Shown: positions 22,501 to 31,784, counted from the stretch's first letter. The stretch: 59,710 nucleotides of DNA from Candidatus Rokuibacteriota bacterium (GCA_023249095.1 JAHFDK010000014.1:1-59710), one strand, 5' to 3'. Numbers and translations: made by a program. The notes: generated by a model from the letters alone, not told the origin.

Positions 22501-24632
22501 CCCTCGCCGAGGCCGAACGCGAGTTCGCCCCCGAGCTCGACCCCGACCGTCTTCTCACGCTGGTCGTCGAACGCGCCACGCGGCTCTTCGACGCCCACGG
22601 CGTCATCTACCTCGTGGACGCGGACGGCGGGCTGGCGCCGCGCGCCTGGACGCGGGACGGCGGGTTCGAGGACCTCGCCGTCGCGTTCGGGCACGGCGTG
22701 GTCGGCGGCTGCGCCGAGCAGCGCCGCGGACTCATCGTCAACGACTACGCGGCGTCGCGTTTCGCCCTGCGCAAGTGGGTCGACATGGGCGTGCGCCGCG
22801 CGATGGCGTTCCCGCTCAGCGTGCAGGAACGGCTGCTCGGCGTCATCGCGATGAATCGCACCAGCCCCGCCGCCGCACCATTTCTCGACGAAGACCTGGC
22901 GGTTCTGGAGAGCTTCGCCGCCCGCGCGGCCATCGCCCTCGAGAACGCGCGACTCTACGCGCAGAACCGGCAGCAGGTCGAGGAGCTCTCGGTGCTCTAC
23001 GAGCTATCGCGGGCGGTCACCGGCCAGCTCGATCGCGCAACGCTGCTCGAGGCCATCCGGGCCCAGGTCGCCCGCATCCTCGACGCCGCCAACATGGCCA
23101 TCGTGCTCCTCGACGACGAGCGGCGGGACCTCGAGGTGGTGCTTCGTACCGTGGACGGTGCGCGCGACATGCGGACGCCCCTCCGATACCCGAGCCACGC
23201 GGGACTGATGTCGGTCGTGCTCGTGACGGGCGAGGCGGTCCTGACGGAGGACTACATCGCCGAGTGCGCGCGTCGCGGCGTCGAGCCCGTGGCGACCTTC
23301 GCACACCCGCGACACTGGCTCGGCGTCCCGATGAAGGCCGGGGACACGGTGATCGGCGTTCTGACGTTGCGGAGCGCGGACAGGGCATTCACCGAAGCCG
23401 ACGAGCGGCTGTTGACGAACATCGCCGATCTCGCCGCGCTGTCGCTGCGCAACGCGCGCCTCTTCGAGGAGCGCACACGCGCGTATGGCGAGCTGGCCGC
23501 GGCGCAGGACCAGCTCGTGCGCACGGAGAAGCTCCGCGCGCTCGGCGAGATGGCCTCGGGGGTGGCTCACGACTTCAACAACCTGCTCGCGTCGATCCTG
23601 GGACGGGCCCAGCTCACGCTCCAGCGAGTTCAAGATCCGCAGCTTCGCAAGTGGATCCAGGTCATCGAGCGCGCCGCCCTGGACGGCGCGCAGACCGTCC
23701 GCCGACTGCAGGAGTTTACGCGGATCCGCCGAGATCAGCAGCGTTTCGTCGCGGTCGACCTCAACGAGGTCGTGCGTGGCGCGCTCGAGATCACCCAGTC
23801 GCGCTGGCGGGAGGAGACGCGCAGCCGGGGCGTCGCGGTCGACGTGCAGACCTCGTTCGCGAGCCTGCCGCCGGTGGCGGGCGATCCCGCCGAGCTGCGC
23901 GAGGCGATGACCAATCTCATCCTGAACGCGGTGGACGCCATGCCGACGGGCGGCACCCTGACGCTGACCACGGCCGTCGAGAACAACGAGGTCGTGGTGA
24001 CGGTGGCCGACTCCGGCGTCGGCATCCCTGAGGCCATCCGGGGCAAGATCTTCGACCCGTTCTTCACCACGAAGGGACCGCAGGGCACCGGGCTCGGACT
24101 CTCGATGACGTACGGGATCCTCTCCCGTCACGGCGGGCGCATCACGGTCGAGAGCCCCGTCGGGCGCGGCACCGTGTTCCGCCTGACCTTTGCGCCTGGG
24201 GAAGCCTCCGACCTGGACGGGCCAGCCCCGGCACCCGAGCCCACCCCGCTTGGCGTCTCGCTGCGGTGCCTGGTCGTCGACGACGAGGAAGAGGTTGGTA
24301 CGGTGCTCGGCGACGTCCTGACGACGGGAGGCCATCGGGTCGTGGTGCTCACCGACGGAGGCGAGGCGATCGCGCGATTCCGCGCGGAGCCCTTCGATCT
24401 GGTGTTCACCGACCTGGCGATGCCGCGGGTCTCGGGCTGGCAGGTGGCGCAGGCGGTCAAGGAGATCGCGCCCGCGGTGCCGGTCGTCCTCGTCACCGGC
24501 TTCGGCGTCGAGCTGTCAGCGGAGGAGCGCCAGATCCACGGCGTAGACCTGGTGGTGGTGAAGCCGTTGAAGATCCAAGACGTCCTGGACGTCGTTGCGC
24601 GCGTGGCCCGCCGGCGCGCTCGGCAGACCTGA
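19512..24632 (+). CDS. Membrane hybrid sensor histidine kinase: periplasmic domain, six GAF domains, HisKA-HATPase, receiver
   Basis: GTG overlaps the pyk stop; repeated ..ALENARL(Y/F) GAF ends; H-box GVAHDFNN; NLILNAVDAM, FDPFFTTK, GTGLGL; REC VVDDE/TDLAMP. Confidence 0.9.
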   Translation: MRVALGRPAVRRVVPVLIGLVLLWFVAGIFLARTLAARHDTAATATLASVRTIVAAALEEVRREASLLAQDPAIVEGASRSDWATLVRGAWPRILALTQERRADLLLIVDASGAPLVQVPAARHVAAAAVARPPEAVARLAVIDERPYVLGIAPMPAGLVIVGRRFESLAGAVARLPSRPAVVVVAGDRALGSTLPGAPPLGWDTAVRAGQITISGELWFARQLGEADGGLWALVSAREQRRESSQLWFWWAVSLSAAGATAVGIAAVSGSERGDGATEGGPRPTRPREAPAAGRETSEAGREASDNRRSRELEALHAVVVATGSGDDLALTAERTLEVVCGVAGIPFGGVFRFDRATQTLVLTAHRGLLPDDVERLRVRSLDQSHVGEVIRSGRPVVTDLTASRVLAPDVVERVQAGGYRTQLGLPIPVNGETWGVMALITREARTFDADELTLLQAVAHQVGQAVARTALLAEGREQSRRLETLARLAQTLTATLSLDEVFRRVVDAAVELFGSSTAQLWLVDDDDRHVSLRAAAGIPSSEGVERLRVGEGLVGLVVATREPLTAVDALRDPRARDVERVRAEGVVSVGIVPLQLGERVLGVLAIGVRARHEYTAEELRLLGFLASHAANAINNAQLYRESTRQAQRMSALTDLVRLVSETLDFDPAAQRVADSVCSLLGARASCLYRIDSASDALVAFATSRDADQLFQWQPVLPSGTGIAGLAVSQRCSVASADVLADSRITYTDDIRARVAQETYRSLLAVPLLVQGRMFGALAVSDRVGRVFDESEIRLAQAFADQAALALENARLYTEATRRRLEAEELARLARKLTESLDPRAVGDQIAESVLALFQVRSSVLRLLQPDGSLVTLARGGRRRESSPLGAVLPAGVGASGLAAVEGRPVASADVFNDPEIVLSEEVAEAMRRAGDGALLAVPLRAKGRIIGTLSLGDASGRVFSEAEVGLLQAFGDQAALALENARLFSLETARRGQIAALAEAEREFAPELDPDRLLTLVVERATRLFDAHGVIYLVDADGGLAPRAWTRDGGFEDLAVAFGHGVVGGCAEQRRGLIVNDYAASRFALRKWVDMGVRRAMAFPLSVQERLLGVIAMNRTSPAAAPFLDEDLAVLESFAARAAIALENARLYAQNRQQVEELSVLYELSRAVTGQLDRATLLEAIRAQVARILDAANMAIVLLDDERRDLEVVLRTVDGARDMRTPLRYPSHAGLMSVVLVTGEAVLTEDYIAECARRGVEPVATFAHPRHWLGVPMKAGDTVIGVLTLRSADRAFTEADERLLTNIADLAALSLRNARLFEERTRAYGELAAAQDQLVRTEKLRALGEMASGVAHDFNNLLASILGRAQLTLQRVQDPQLRKWIQVIERAALDGAQTVRRLQEFTRIRRDQQRFVAVDLNEVVRGALEITQSRWREETRSRGVAVDVQTSFASLPPVAGDPAELREAMTNLILNAVDAMPTGGTLTLTTAVENNEVVVTVADSGVGIPEAIRGKIFDPFFTTKGPQGTGLGLSMTYGILSRHGGRITVESPVGRGTVFRLTFAPGEASDLDGPAPAPEPTPLGVSLRCLVVDDEEEVGTVLGDVLTTGGHRVVVLTDGGEAIARFRAEPFDLVFTDLAMPRVSGWQVAQAVKEIAPAVPVVLVTGFGVELSAEERQIHGVDLVVVKPLKIQDVLDVVARVARRRARQT

Positions 24633-24648
24633 ACGGAGGACGACCGCC

Positions 24649-25437
24649 ATGGACTTCCAGTTCTTGATCCTTGAGCGCCGCGATGGGGTCGCCACGATCA
24701 CGCTCAACCGCCCCGACGCGTTCAACGCGTTGAGTCTCGGCCTCGGCCGGGAGCTCTTCCACGCGGCGCTCGAGGTCGACGAGGACCCGGCGATCCGCTG
24801 CGTCGTGGTGACGGGCGCGGGTCGAGCCTTCTGCGCCGGCGGCGACGTCAAGGACTTCGTCGACAACCTGGAGCGCATCGGCGTGCTCGTCAAGGAGCTG
24901 ACGACCTATCTGCACGGGACCGTGTCCCGATTCTGTCGGAGCGACAAGCCCGTCATCATGGCGGTGAACGGCGTCGCGGCGGGCGGCGGGCTCAGCTTCG
25001 CCCTCTCCGGCGACCTGGTGGTCGCGGCCGAGTCCGCGCGGTTCACGATGGCCTACTCGAAGATCGCCGCCACGCCCGACGGGTCGTCGTCGTACTTTCT
25101 CCCGCGGTTGGTCGGTCTCCGGCGCGCGATGGAGCTCTACTTCACCAACCGCGTGCTCTCGGCGCGCGAAGCCCTGGAGTGGGGGCTGGTGACCCGCGTG
25201 GTGCCCGACGCCGAGCTCGCCACGGCGGTCGCGGCGCTCGCCCGCGAGATGGCCCAGGGACCGTCGAAGGCGTTCGGCGGCGCCAAGCGGCTCTTCCACC
25301 ACTCGACGTGGGAGAGCCTCGAGACGCAGATGGAGCTCGAAGCGCAGGCGATCGCCGCGAGCGGCCACACCGAAGACTTCCGCAACGGCGTGAGCGCGTT
25401 CGCCCGCAAGCAGGCGCCGACCTTCCGCGGACGGTGA
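24649..25437 (+). CDS. Enoyl-CoA hydratase/isomerase (PaaG-like)
   Basis: LNRPDAFNAL, AFCAGGDV, AVNGVAAGGG, TPDGSSSYFLPRLVG. Confidence 0.88.
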   Translation: MDFQFLILERRDGVATITLNRPDAFNALSLGLGRELFHAALEVDEDPAIRCVVVTGAGRAFCAGGDVKDFVDNLERIGVLVKELTTYLHGTVSRFCRSDKPVIMAVNGVAAGGGLSFALSGDLVVAAESARFTMAYSKIAATPDGSSSYFLPRLVGLRRAMELYFTNRVLSAREALEWGLVTRVVPDAELATAVAALAREMAQGPSKAFGGAKRLFHHSTWESLETQMELEAQAIAASGHTEDFRNGVSAFARKQAPTFRGR

Positions 25438-25460
25438 CGCTGATGCGCGCAGGAGGGGCT

Positions 25461-25724
25461 ATGCTGAACCCAACGGCCTTCGCCAACTCACTCGCGATAC
25501 TGTCGGGCGGGTTCTACATCCTTTTCTATGTCTTGGCGGTGGTCTGGCGAGACGCGTTCCGGTTCCTGTTCAACGCGCAGTTCTTCGGAGCCGACGTCGC
25601 CGCGCTCTTGCCCCAGCAGCTGACCTACGGCGGATTCGTCGGGACCTTCGTCGTCCTGGTCGTGTTCGCGTGGCTCGCCGCCTTCGGCTGGGCGTGGCTC
25701 TACAATCGGCTGGCGGCCTCGTAG
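25461..25724 (+). CDS. Small membrane protein (DUF5676-like)
   Basis: Hydrophobic helices ending ..FGWAWLYNRL; RBS AGGAGG. Confidence 0.55.
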   Translation: MLNPTAFANSLAILSGGFYILFYVLAVVWRDAFRFLFNAQFFGADVAALLPQQLTYGGFVGTFVVLVVFAWLAAFGWAWLYNRLAAS

Positions 25725-25805
25725 CGGGGCCGCCTGAGCGCGTCGACCGGCACGGGGACCTCGAGTACAATCTCGATGGCGATCCCCTACTTTGAGGAGA
25801 CTCAC

Positions 25806-26585
25806 ATGACGACCAAGGATGCCGCTCGGGTTTCCAGAACCGCCGTCAGGCTCTACTACCGGCCCGGCTGATCGTCCTGCGCCAAGACGAAGGAGCTCCT
25901 CTCGTCTTGGGGGGTCGAGTTCGACCCGGTCGACGTGCAGGCGTACCCGGAAGGCTACGCCGAGCTCAAGCGGTTGGGGATCGGACGGGTGCCCGCGGTG
26001 ACGGTCGGCGACCGCGCCGCGCACGGATGGAACCCGCCGGCGTACGCCGAGCTGCTCGGCATTCCATACTCAGCGACGGTGAAGCTGTCGCCGACCGAGC
26101 TGGCCAAGCGGCTCGACATCATCCTGGATTCGACGCAGGGGCTCATCCGCGGCGTGCCGGACGAGCACATGGACTGGCGGCCGCCCGAGCGGAATCGGAC
26201 CCTGCGCAACCTCGGCTATCACGTCTTCCGGCTGTCGCTGGCATTCGTGGACGGGATGGACCTCGGCGAGTTCCCGGAGTCCTGGCTGCTGGACCAGGCG
26301 CCCGCCGATCTTCGCGACGGGCCGGCCATCGCGCGCTACGGCGCGCTCGTGCGCGGACGCATCACCGGGTGGTTCGAGGGGGCATCGCCCCGCGAGTTCG
26401 AGCGCGTGATCAAGGTCTACTATGGCCCCCAGTCGGGCCACGACCTGCTCGAGCGCACGACGTGGCACGCCGCACAGCACCTGCGCCAGCTCTACGCCCT
26501 GGCCGAGCGCCTTGTGGTCACGCCGCCGGGACCGATGCCGACCGACGCGTTCGTGGGACTGCCCCTTCCCGACGCTCTCTGGTGA
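25806..26585 (+). CDS. Glutaredoxin-like (USSC) + DinB-domain fusion selenoprotein, Sec at codon 22
   Basis: ATG 25806 (RBS GAGGAG) reads VRLYYRPG-U-SSCAKTKELL..WGVEF..VDV in frame with ORF 25935-26585; cis-Pro RVP; DinB histidines LGYHVF and WHAAQH; hairpin 25882-25910. Confidence 0.85.
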
Positions 26586-27352
26586 CGAGGGTCGACTACG
26601 ACCGGAGTCTCTGGCGCGCGTATCGCGCCGGCCGTGCCCTCTCCGAGGACACCGGCCGGCTCTGGATGGACGCGATCGCCCGCCACCTCGGCGGCACGCG
26701 CTCAGGCCTGACGGTCCTCGATCTCGGAGCCGGTACGGGGCGCTTCGCCGTCCTGCTGGCCGATGCGTTCGACGCCCGCGTCGTCGCCGTCGAGCCGTCG
26801 GAGAAGATGCGCGTGGAGGCGGAGCGTCACAGCGCGCATCCGCGAGTTGACCACCGCGCTGGCGCCGCGGAGACGATCCCCGCCGCCGACACCGAGTTCG
26901 ATTTCGCGTTCCTCTCGATGGTCATCCATCACGTCGGGGACGTCGCCGCCTGCGCGCGTGAGCTCCACCGGGTGGTCAAGCCGGGCGGGCTCGTGTTCAT
27001 CCGCAACGTCTTCAGCGGGCGCCTGGACGGTGTGCCTCACTACGCGTTCTTCCCCTCGGCACGCGCCGTCGACGAGAGGCGCCTGCCGACTCTCGAGGCA
27101 GTGCGGCAGGCCTTCGTCGCGCAGGGATTCGAGCTCACGGCCCTCGATACGCTGGTGCAGGAGATCGACCCGAGCCTCACCGCCCACTACGAGCGAATCA
27201 CGCAGCGAGCGCTGTCGACGTTCGAGTTGATCACCGACGCCGAGTTCGAGGAAGGGCTCACCCGGATGCGCCACGCCGCCGCCCGCGAGACCACGCCGAC
27301 TCCCGTCCTCGAAGCCATCGACCTGCTCGTCCTCCGCCGACAAACGACCTGA
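26582..27352 (+). CDS. Class I SAM-dependent methyltransferase
   Basis: VLDLGAGTGRF, AVEPSEKM, VKPGG; GTG start overlaps the upstream stop. Confidence 0.88.
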   Translation: MTRVDYDRSLWRAYRAGRALSEDTGRLWMDAIARHLGGTRSGLTVLDLGAGTGRFAVLLADAFDARVVAVEPSEKMRVEAERHSAHPRVDHRAGAAETIPAADTEFDFAFLSMVIHHVGDVAACARELHRVVKPGGLVFIRNVFSGRLDGVPHYAFFPSARAVDERRLPTLEAVRQAFVAQGFELTALDTLVQEIDPSLTAHYERITQRALSTFELITDAEFEEGLTRMRHAAARETTPTPVLEAIDLLVLRRQTT

Positions 27353-27355
27353 CCG

Positions 27356-28291
27356 CTAGTCGTCTTCAGCCCAGGCCGTCGTGAGCCGACGAGCGAGGGC
27401 GCGGTGACCCCTGATGAAGTAGGCGAGCATGGCGCCGGTCGCGAGGAGGTTGCCGAGGAGGACGGTCCATCCCGCCAGCTCGTCCAGGACCCACTTCGCC
27501 GCGATCAACACGCCGCCGATGAACAACACCTCGAACGCCGTGAAGAAGATCACCAGGGCGAAGACGAAGAGCGGCTGGCGCTCCGCGCCCGCGATCAGCG
27601 CGGCGCCGACAATTCCGAATAACGCGAACGCGATCCCGTGCACGACGGTGTAGGAGGCGATCGCGGCGAGCGAGTCGGTCTGGCGGAGGATCCCCGTGCC
27701 CAGGAGCCTCGGCGTCCGGAGCGGCTCGCCCTGGATCCAGTCGATCGCCAGGAACCACAGCGCGACGGCGGCGGCGCCGAGCAGGCCGGCCACGACGCCC
27801 TCGCGGAACACGCTGCCCCAGGAGCCGATCAGCGTGCGCGACAGGGCGCGGTGGGCGCGGAAGAAGTACCAGAGCATCGCGAGGGAGGCGAGGAGGTTGC
27901 CGCCGAGGATCGCCCACCAGACCAGGGCGCCCAGCATCGACTTCCCGAGCGCCCCGACGATGCCGAAGACGAACACCTCGAAGCTGGCGAAGAGGATCAC
28001 GAAGGCGACAAACAGCGTAGGCTCGCGCTCGCTGACGGCCATGAGGCTCGCGGCGACGACGCCGAACGCGATGAACGCCAGGCCGTGGATGATCGTGTAG
28101 CCGAGGACGTTGCCCACGGTGGGCCGAAGTCCAATCGGGTTGGTCACGCCCTGGAAGACCGCGGCGCCCAGGAGCCCCGGGGTCAGGAACGGCTGGCCGC
28201 GCCAGATGTCGAAGAGAAGGAACCAGACGGCGACGACCGCCGCGCCGATCAAGCCGGCCACGACCCCTTCCTTCAGGATCGACCGCTGCAC
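27356..28291 (-). CDS. Integral membrane protein with internal tandem duplication
   Basis: Two homologous halves, each starting EGVVAGL.GAA.VA.WFL..D...G.P..TP.LLG. Confidence 0.75.
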   Translation of the reverse strand: MQRSILKEGVVAGLIGAAVVAVWFLLFDIWRGQPFLTPGLLGAAVFQGVTNPIGLRPTVGNVLGYTIIHGLAFIAFGVVAASLMAVSEREPTLFVAFVILFASFEVFVFGIVGALGKSMLGALVWWAILGGNLLASLAMLWYFFRAHRALSRTLIGSWGSVFREGVVAGLLGAAAVALWFLAIDWIQGEPLRTPRLLGTGILRQTDSLAAIASYTVVHGIAFALFGIVGAALIAGAERQPLFVFALVIFFTAFEVLFIGGVLIAAKWVLDELAGWTVLLGNLLATGAMLAYFIRGHRALARRLTTAWAEDD

Positions 28292-28346
28292 GGACGGTAT
28301 TGTATCGGAGCGCGCGGCTTGTTGTAGCGGGCGCCGTGAGCCCGGC

Positions 28347-29039
28347 TCAGACCGCGGGTGGCCCGAGATAGATGCGACCCGGCTCCGCTCGCCCGTTCTC
28401 GGGGTCGCGGGCGAATCTGACGCCGTAGTCGGAGTAACGAAGGTGCGGCGGCAGAGACGAGCGATGGGCGACCGGGCTCCACGGGTCGGCGTGACGCCAC
28501 GCGCCGCCGCGGCTCACGCGCCGCGTGCCGGCTGCCGGGCCGCGGGGATTCCGGTCCGGCGAGCGGCGGTAATAGTCCTCGGCGAACCAGTCGCCGCACC
28601 ACTCATGGCAGACGCCGGAGAGATCGGTGAGCCCCAGCGTGTTGCCCGGCGTCCCGCCGACACGGGGCGGACGGTCGAACGTGACGCCAGGCTTCGCGTC
28701 GCCCCACGGGTAGCGCCGACCGTCGAGGCCGCCGCGCGCGGCCTTTTCCCACTCGGCCTCCGTCGGCAGCCGCGCGCCCGACCACTCGGCGAACGCGCCG
28801 GCTTCGGTCCACGAGAGACCGACGACGGGTTGGCTCGGGTCGGCGAACGCCGGGTCGGACCAGAACGGCGGCGATGAGGCGCCGGTGGCCGCCATGTACG
28901 CGGCGAAGTCTCCGTTCGTCGCCGGTGTGCGGGCGATGAGGAAGGTGTCGACCCAGACGACATGGGGCGGGCGCTCGGACGGGTGACCGTGAGCCCAGCC
29001 CATGCTGAACGGCCCCGCTGGAACGCGCGCGAAGTCCAC
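28347..29039 (-). CDS. Formylglycine-generating enzyme (FGE-sulfatase/SUMF1/EgtB C-terminal) domain protein
   Basis: VPAGPFSMG, RLPTEAEWEKAARGG, YPWG, GL.DLSG..EWC.DW, RGGAW, GVRFAR. Confidence 0.88.
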   Translation of the reverse strand: MDFARVPAGPFSMGWAHGHPSERPPHVVWVDTFLIARTPATNGDFAAYMAATGASSPPFWSDPAFADPSQPVVGLSWTEAGAFAEWSGARLPTEAEWEKAARGGLDGRRYPWGDAKPGVTFDRPPRVGGTPGNTLGLTDLSGVCHEWCGDWFAEDYYRRSPDRNPRGPAAGTRRVSRGGAWRHADPWSPVAHRSSLPPHLRYSDYGVRFARDPENGRAEPGRIYLGPPAV

Positions 29040-29065
29040 GCCTTATAATAGGGACCTTCCGAGAA

Positions 29066-29121
29066 GTAGTGCGAGCCGCAGCATGTCGCGGGGCTGGGGC
29101 CCCGCCGTGCGAGGCGAGCCT
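29066..29121 (+). repeat. GTAG-initiated structured element, copy A (5' UTR of aminotransferase)
   Basis: 45/55 identical to 32917-32971, with compensatory stem changes. Confidence 0.75.
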
Positions 29122-29137
29122 ATAAAAGGAGACGCCC

Positions 29138-30310
29138 ATGAACGTCGCCCCGCGGATGGCCCGGCTCGGAACCGAGTCCGCGTTCGAGGTGCTGGCCCGC
29201 GCGCGGCAGCTCGAGCGCGCCGGCCGCGACATCATTCACCTGGAAATCGGCGAGCCGGACTTCGACACGCCGGTGCACATCAAGGAGGCCGCAAAGCAGG
29301 CGCTCGACGCGGGGGCGACGCACTACGGCCCGTCTGCGGGGCTGCCGGAGCTTCGCGAGGCGATCGCCAAGCACGTCGCCGAGACGCGTGGCGTTCCCGT
29401 CTCGCCCGAGGAAGTCGTCGTCACGCCGGGCGCCAAGCCGATCATGTTCTTCACGATCATGGCCCTGATCGGCGATGGCGATGAGGTGATCCACCCGAAT
29501 CCCGGCTTTCCGATCTACGAGTCCGTCATCAATTTCGTCGGCGGCGTCCCGGTGCCGATTCCGCTCCGCGAGGACAGCGGCTTCGGATTCGATCTCGAGC
29601 TGTTCGAGCGCCGCGTCTCGTCGAAGACGAAGCTGATCGTCATCAACTCGCCGGAGAATCCCACCGGCGGCGTGCTCGACCGTGACCAGCTCGAACGCAT
29701 CGCGGCGATCGCCGTCGCGCGGAAGATCCCGGTGCTGACCGACGAGATTTACCGGCAGTTCCTCTACGAGGGCGAGTTCGCCTCGATCATGGGCCTGCCG
29801 GGTATGCGAGACCAGACGATCTTGCTCGACGGCTTCTCGAAATCGTATGCGATGACCGGCTGGCGCCTTGGCTACGGCGTGATGCCGCCGCCCCTCGCCG
29901 AGCACGTGGCGCGGCTCATGGTGAACTCGAACTCCTGCACGGCCTCGTTCGTGCAGCTCGCCGGCATCGCGGCGCTCCAGGGCGATCAGACGCCGGTTGC
30001 CCGCATGGTGGCCGAGTTCAAGCGACGGCGCGACCTGTTCGTGGATGGCCTCAACCGCCTGCCCGGCGTTCGATGCGCGCGGCCGCGCGGCGCCTTTTAC
30101 GTGTTCCCGAACATCACGGGGACCCGCCGGCCGTCAGCCGAGGTCGCCGAGCGTCTCCTGACCGAGGCCGGCGTGGCCGCGCTGTCGGGCGCGGCGTTCG
30201 GCGCTCACGGTGAGGGATATCTCCGGTTCTCGTACGCGAACTCGGAGGCCAATTTGCGCCTGGCGCTCGAGCGCATGCGGCCGGTGTTCGAGAGCTTCGC
30301 CGGGAAATGA
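29138..30310 (+). CDS. PLP-dependent aminotransferase class I/II (AspC-like)
   Basis: GEPDFDTP, NSPENPTG, DEIY, GFSKSYAMTGWRLGY. Confidence 0.92.
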   Translation: MNVAPRMARLGTESAFEVLARARQLERAGRDIIHLEIGEPDFDTPVHIKEAAKQALDAGATHYGPSAGLPELREAIAKHVAETRGVPVSPEEVVVTPGAKPIMFFTIMALIGDGDEVIHPNPGFPIYESVINFVGGVPVPIPLREDSGFGFDLELFERRVSSKTKLIVINSPENPTGGVLDRDQLERIAAIAVARKIPVLTDEIYRQFLYEGEFASIMGLPGMRDQTILLDGFSKSYAMTGWRLGYGVMPPPLAEHVARLMVNSNSCTASFVQLAGIAALQGDQTPVARMVAEFKRRRDLFVDGLNRLPGVRCARPRGAFYVFPNITGTRRPSAEVAERLLTEAGVAALSGAAFGAHGEGYLRFSYANSEANLRLALERMRPVFESFAGK

Positions 30311-30332
30311 CGGCGGCCGAGTCCCAGTCGGC

Positions 30333-31784
30333 GTGAGCCGGAGCACCGTCGCCGACGTCGTCGTCGACGGCTTGAAGCGGGCCGGCACGCCGCGGCTGTT
30401 CGGCGTGGCAGGTCTCGAGACGAACCTCCCGCTGCTCGAGGCGGCGCGCGAGGGCGGGCTTCCGCTGACGCTCGCGTCCAGAGCGACCACGGCGGGCATC
30501 ATGGCCGCGGTCTCCGGCGATCTGGTCGAGGCGCCGGGCGCGGCGCTCGTCGGTTCCGGGCGCGGCGTCACGACGGCGATCGACGGCGTCGCGTACGCCC
30601 TCGAGGACGGCGCGGCGATGGTCTTGCTGACCGAGCGTCTGTCCGTGCCCGGCTGCAAGGCGAGCCTCAGCGTGGCGGCCGAGTCCGCGGCGCACCGGAT
30701 CGCTCACGCAACGCGGCTGGCCGCCACCGAGCCACGGGGGCCGGTCCATCTGGAAATCCCTGCCGAGGTCGCGCGGCGGCCGGCGCTGCCTCTCGCAACG
30801 TCGTGCCGACCGGATCCGCTGCCGCCGCCCGATCGCGGCGCTCTCGACGGGGCGGCCCGACTGCTCGCGCGCGCGTCCCGCCCGCTGCTCGTCGCGGGAC
30901 TGCACTGCCGCTCGACGAGCGTGCAGCAGTGGGTCCGCGCGCTGGCGGAAGCTCTGCCCGCGCCCTTGCTGGTGACGTGTAGAGCCAAGGGCGCGCTGCC
31001 GGACCCGCACCCGCTGATGCTGGGCGTTCTCGGTGTCGACGGCGTCGACGAGCGATTGCTGAAACGCGCCGATCTCGTCGTGGGGCTGGGGCTCGACGCG
31101 CTCGAGCTTGTTCAGTCACCCTGGTGGTCGACGGTCCCTGTGCTCGGGGTCGGTCCACCGCAGGCGCTTGGCGATCGAATTCCCGCGGTCGCGGTGGTCG
31201 GCGACGTCGCGGTCGTCCTCGAGGAGCTCGCGCCACGGCTGCGCGACCGGGAACGGGCCGACTGGGACGTCGCCGAGCTCGACCGGCTCAAGCGCGAGCG
31301 TTTCGCGGCCGGGGCCGGTCCGGCGCTCGCCAGGAGAGGGATCGTCCGCGTCGCCCGCGAGGCAACGCCGGCCGGCACGATCGCCACGTGCGACGCCGGT
31401 TCTCACCTGGTGGACGTCGCTATCGCCTGGCACGCCGTCGCTCCGCGCGAGTTCCTGGCGTCCAACGGACGCGTCACGGCGGGTTTCGCCCTGCCGGCCG
31501 CGATCGCGGCGCACCTCGTCCATCCCGATCGGCGCATCGTCTGCTTCACCGGAACCGATGGCCTGGCCGCGGCAGCGACCGAGCTCGAGACCGCGACACG
31601 GCTCGGCGCCCCGATCGTCGTGATCGTCTTCGGCGCCGGCACCTCGGCCGCGCCCGACCTCATGCGACTGGCGCAGGGCTTCGGGGTGACGGCGCTCGCA
31701 GCCGACAGCGAGGCCCGGTTCGGCGAGGCGCTGAGTCGAGCGTTGCGAACCGCGGGGCCGTCGCTGGTCGCCGTGTGGCCTTGA
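30333..31784 (+). CDS. Degenerate thiamine-pyrophosphate-enzyme (acetolactate synthase-like) protein
   Basis: Three-domain layout (FGVAG, PRGPVHLEIP, ADLVVGLG, DAGSH, GFALPAAIAA); start uncertain. Confidence 0.7.
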   Translation: MSRSTVADVVVDGLKRAGTPRLFGVAGLETNLPLLEAAREGGLPLTLASRATTAGIMAAVSGDLVEAPGAALVGSGRGVTTAIDGVAYALEDGAAMVLLTERLSVPGCKASLSVAAESAAHRIAHATRLAATEPRGPVHLEIPAEVARRPALPLATSCRPDPLPPPDRGALDGAARLLARASRPLLVAGLHCRSTSVQQWVRALAEALPAPLLVTCRAKGALPDPHPLMLGVLGVDGVDERLLKRADLVVGLGLDALELVQSPWWSTVPVLGVGPPQALGDRIPAVAVVGDVAVVLEELAPRLRDRERADWDVAELDRLKRERFAAGAGPALARRGIVRVAREATPAGTIATCDAGSHLVDVAIAWHAVAPREFLASNGRVTAGFALPAAIAAHLVHPDRRIVCFTGTDGLAAAATELETATRLGAPIVVIVFGAGTSAAPDLMRLAQGFGVTALAADSEARFGEALSRALRTAGPSLVAVWP

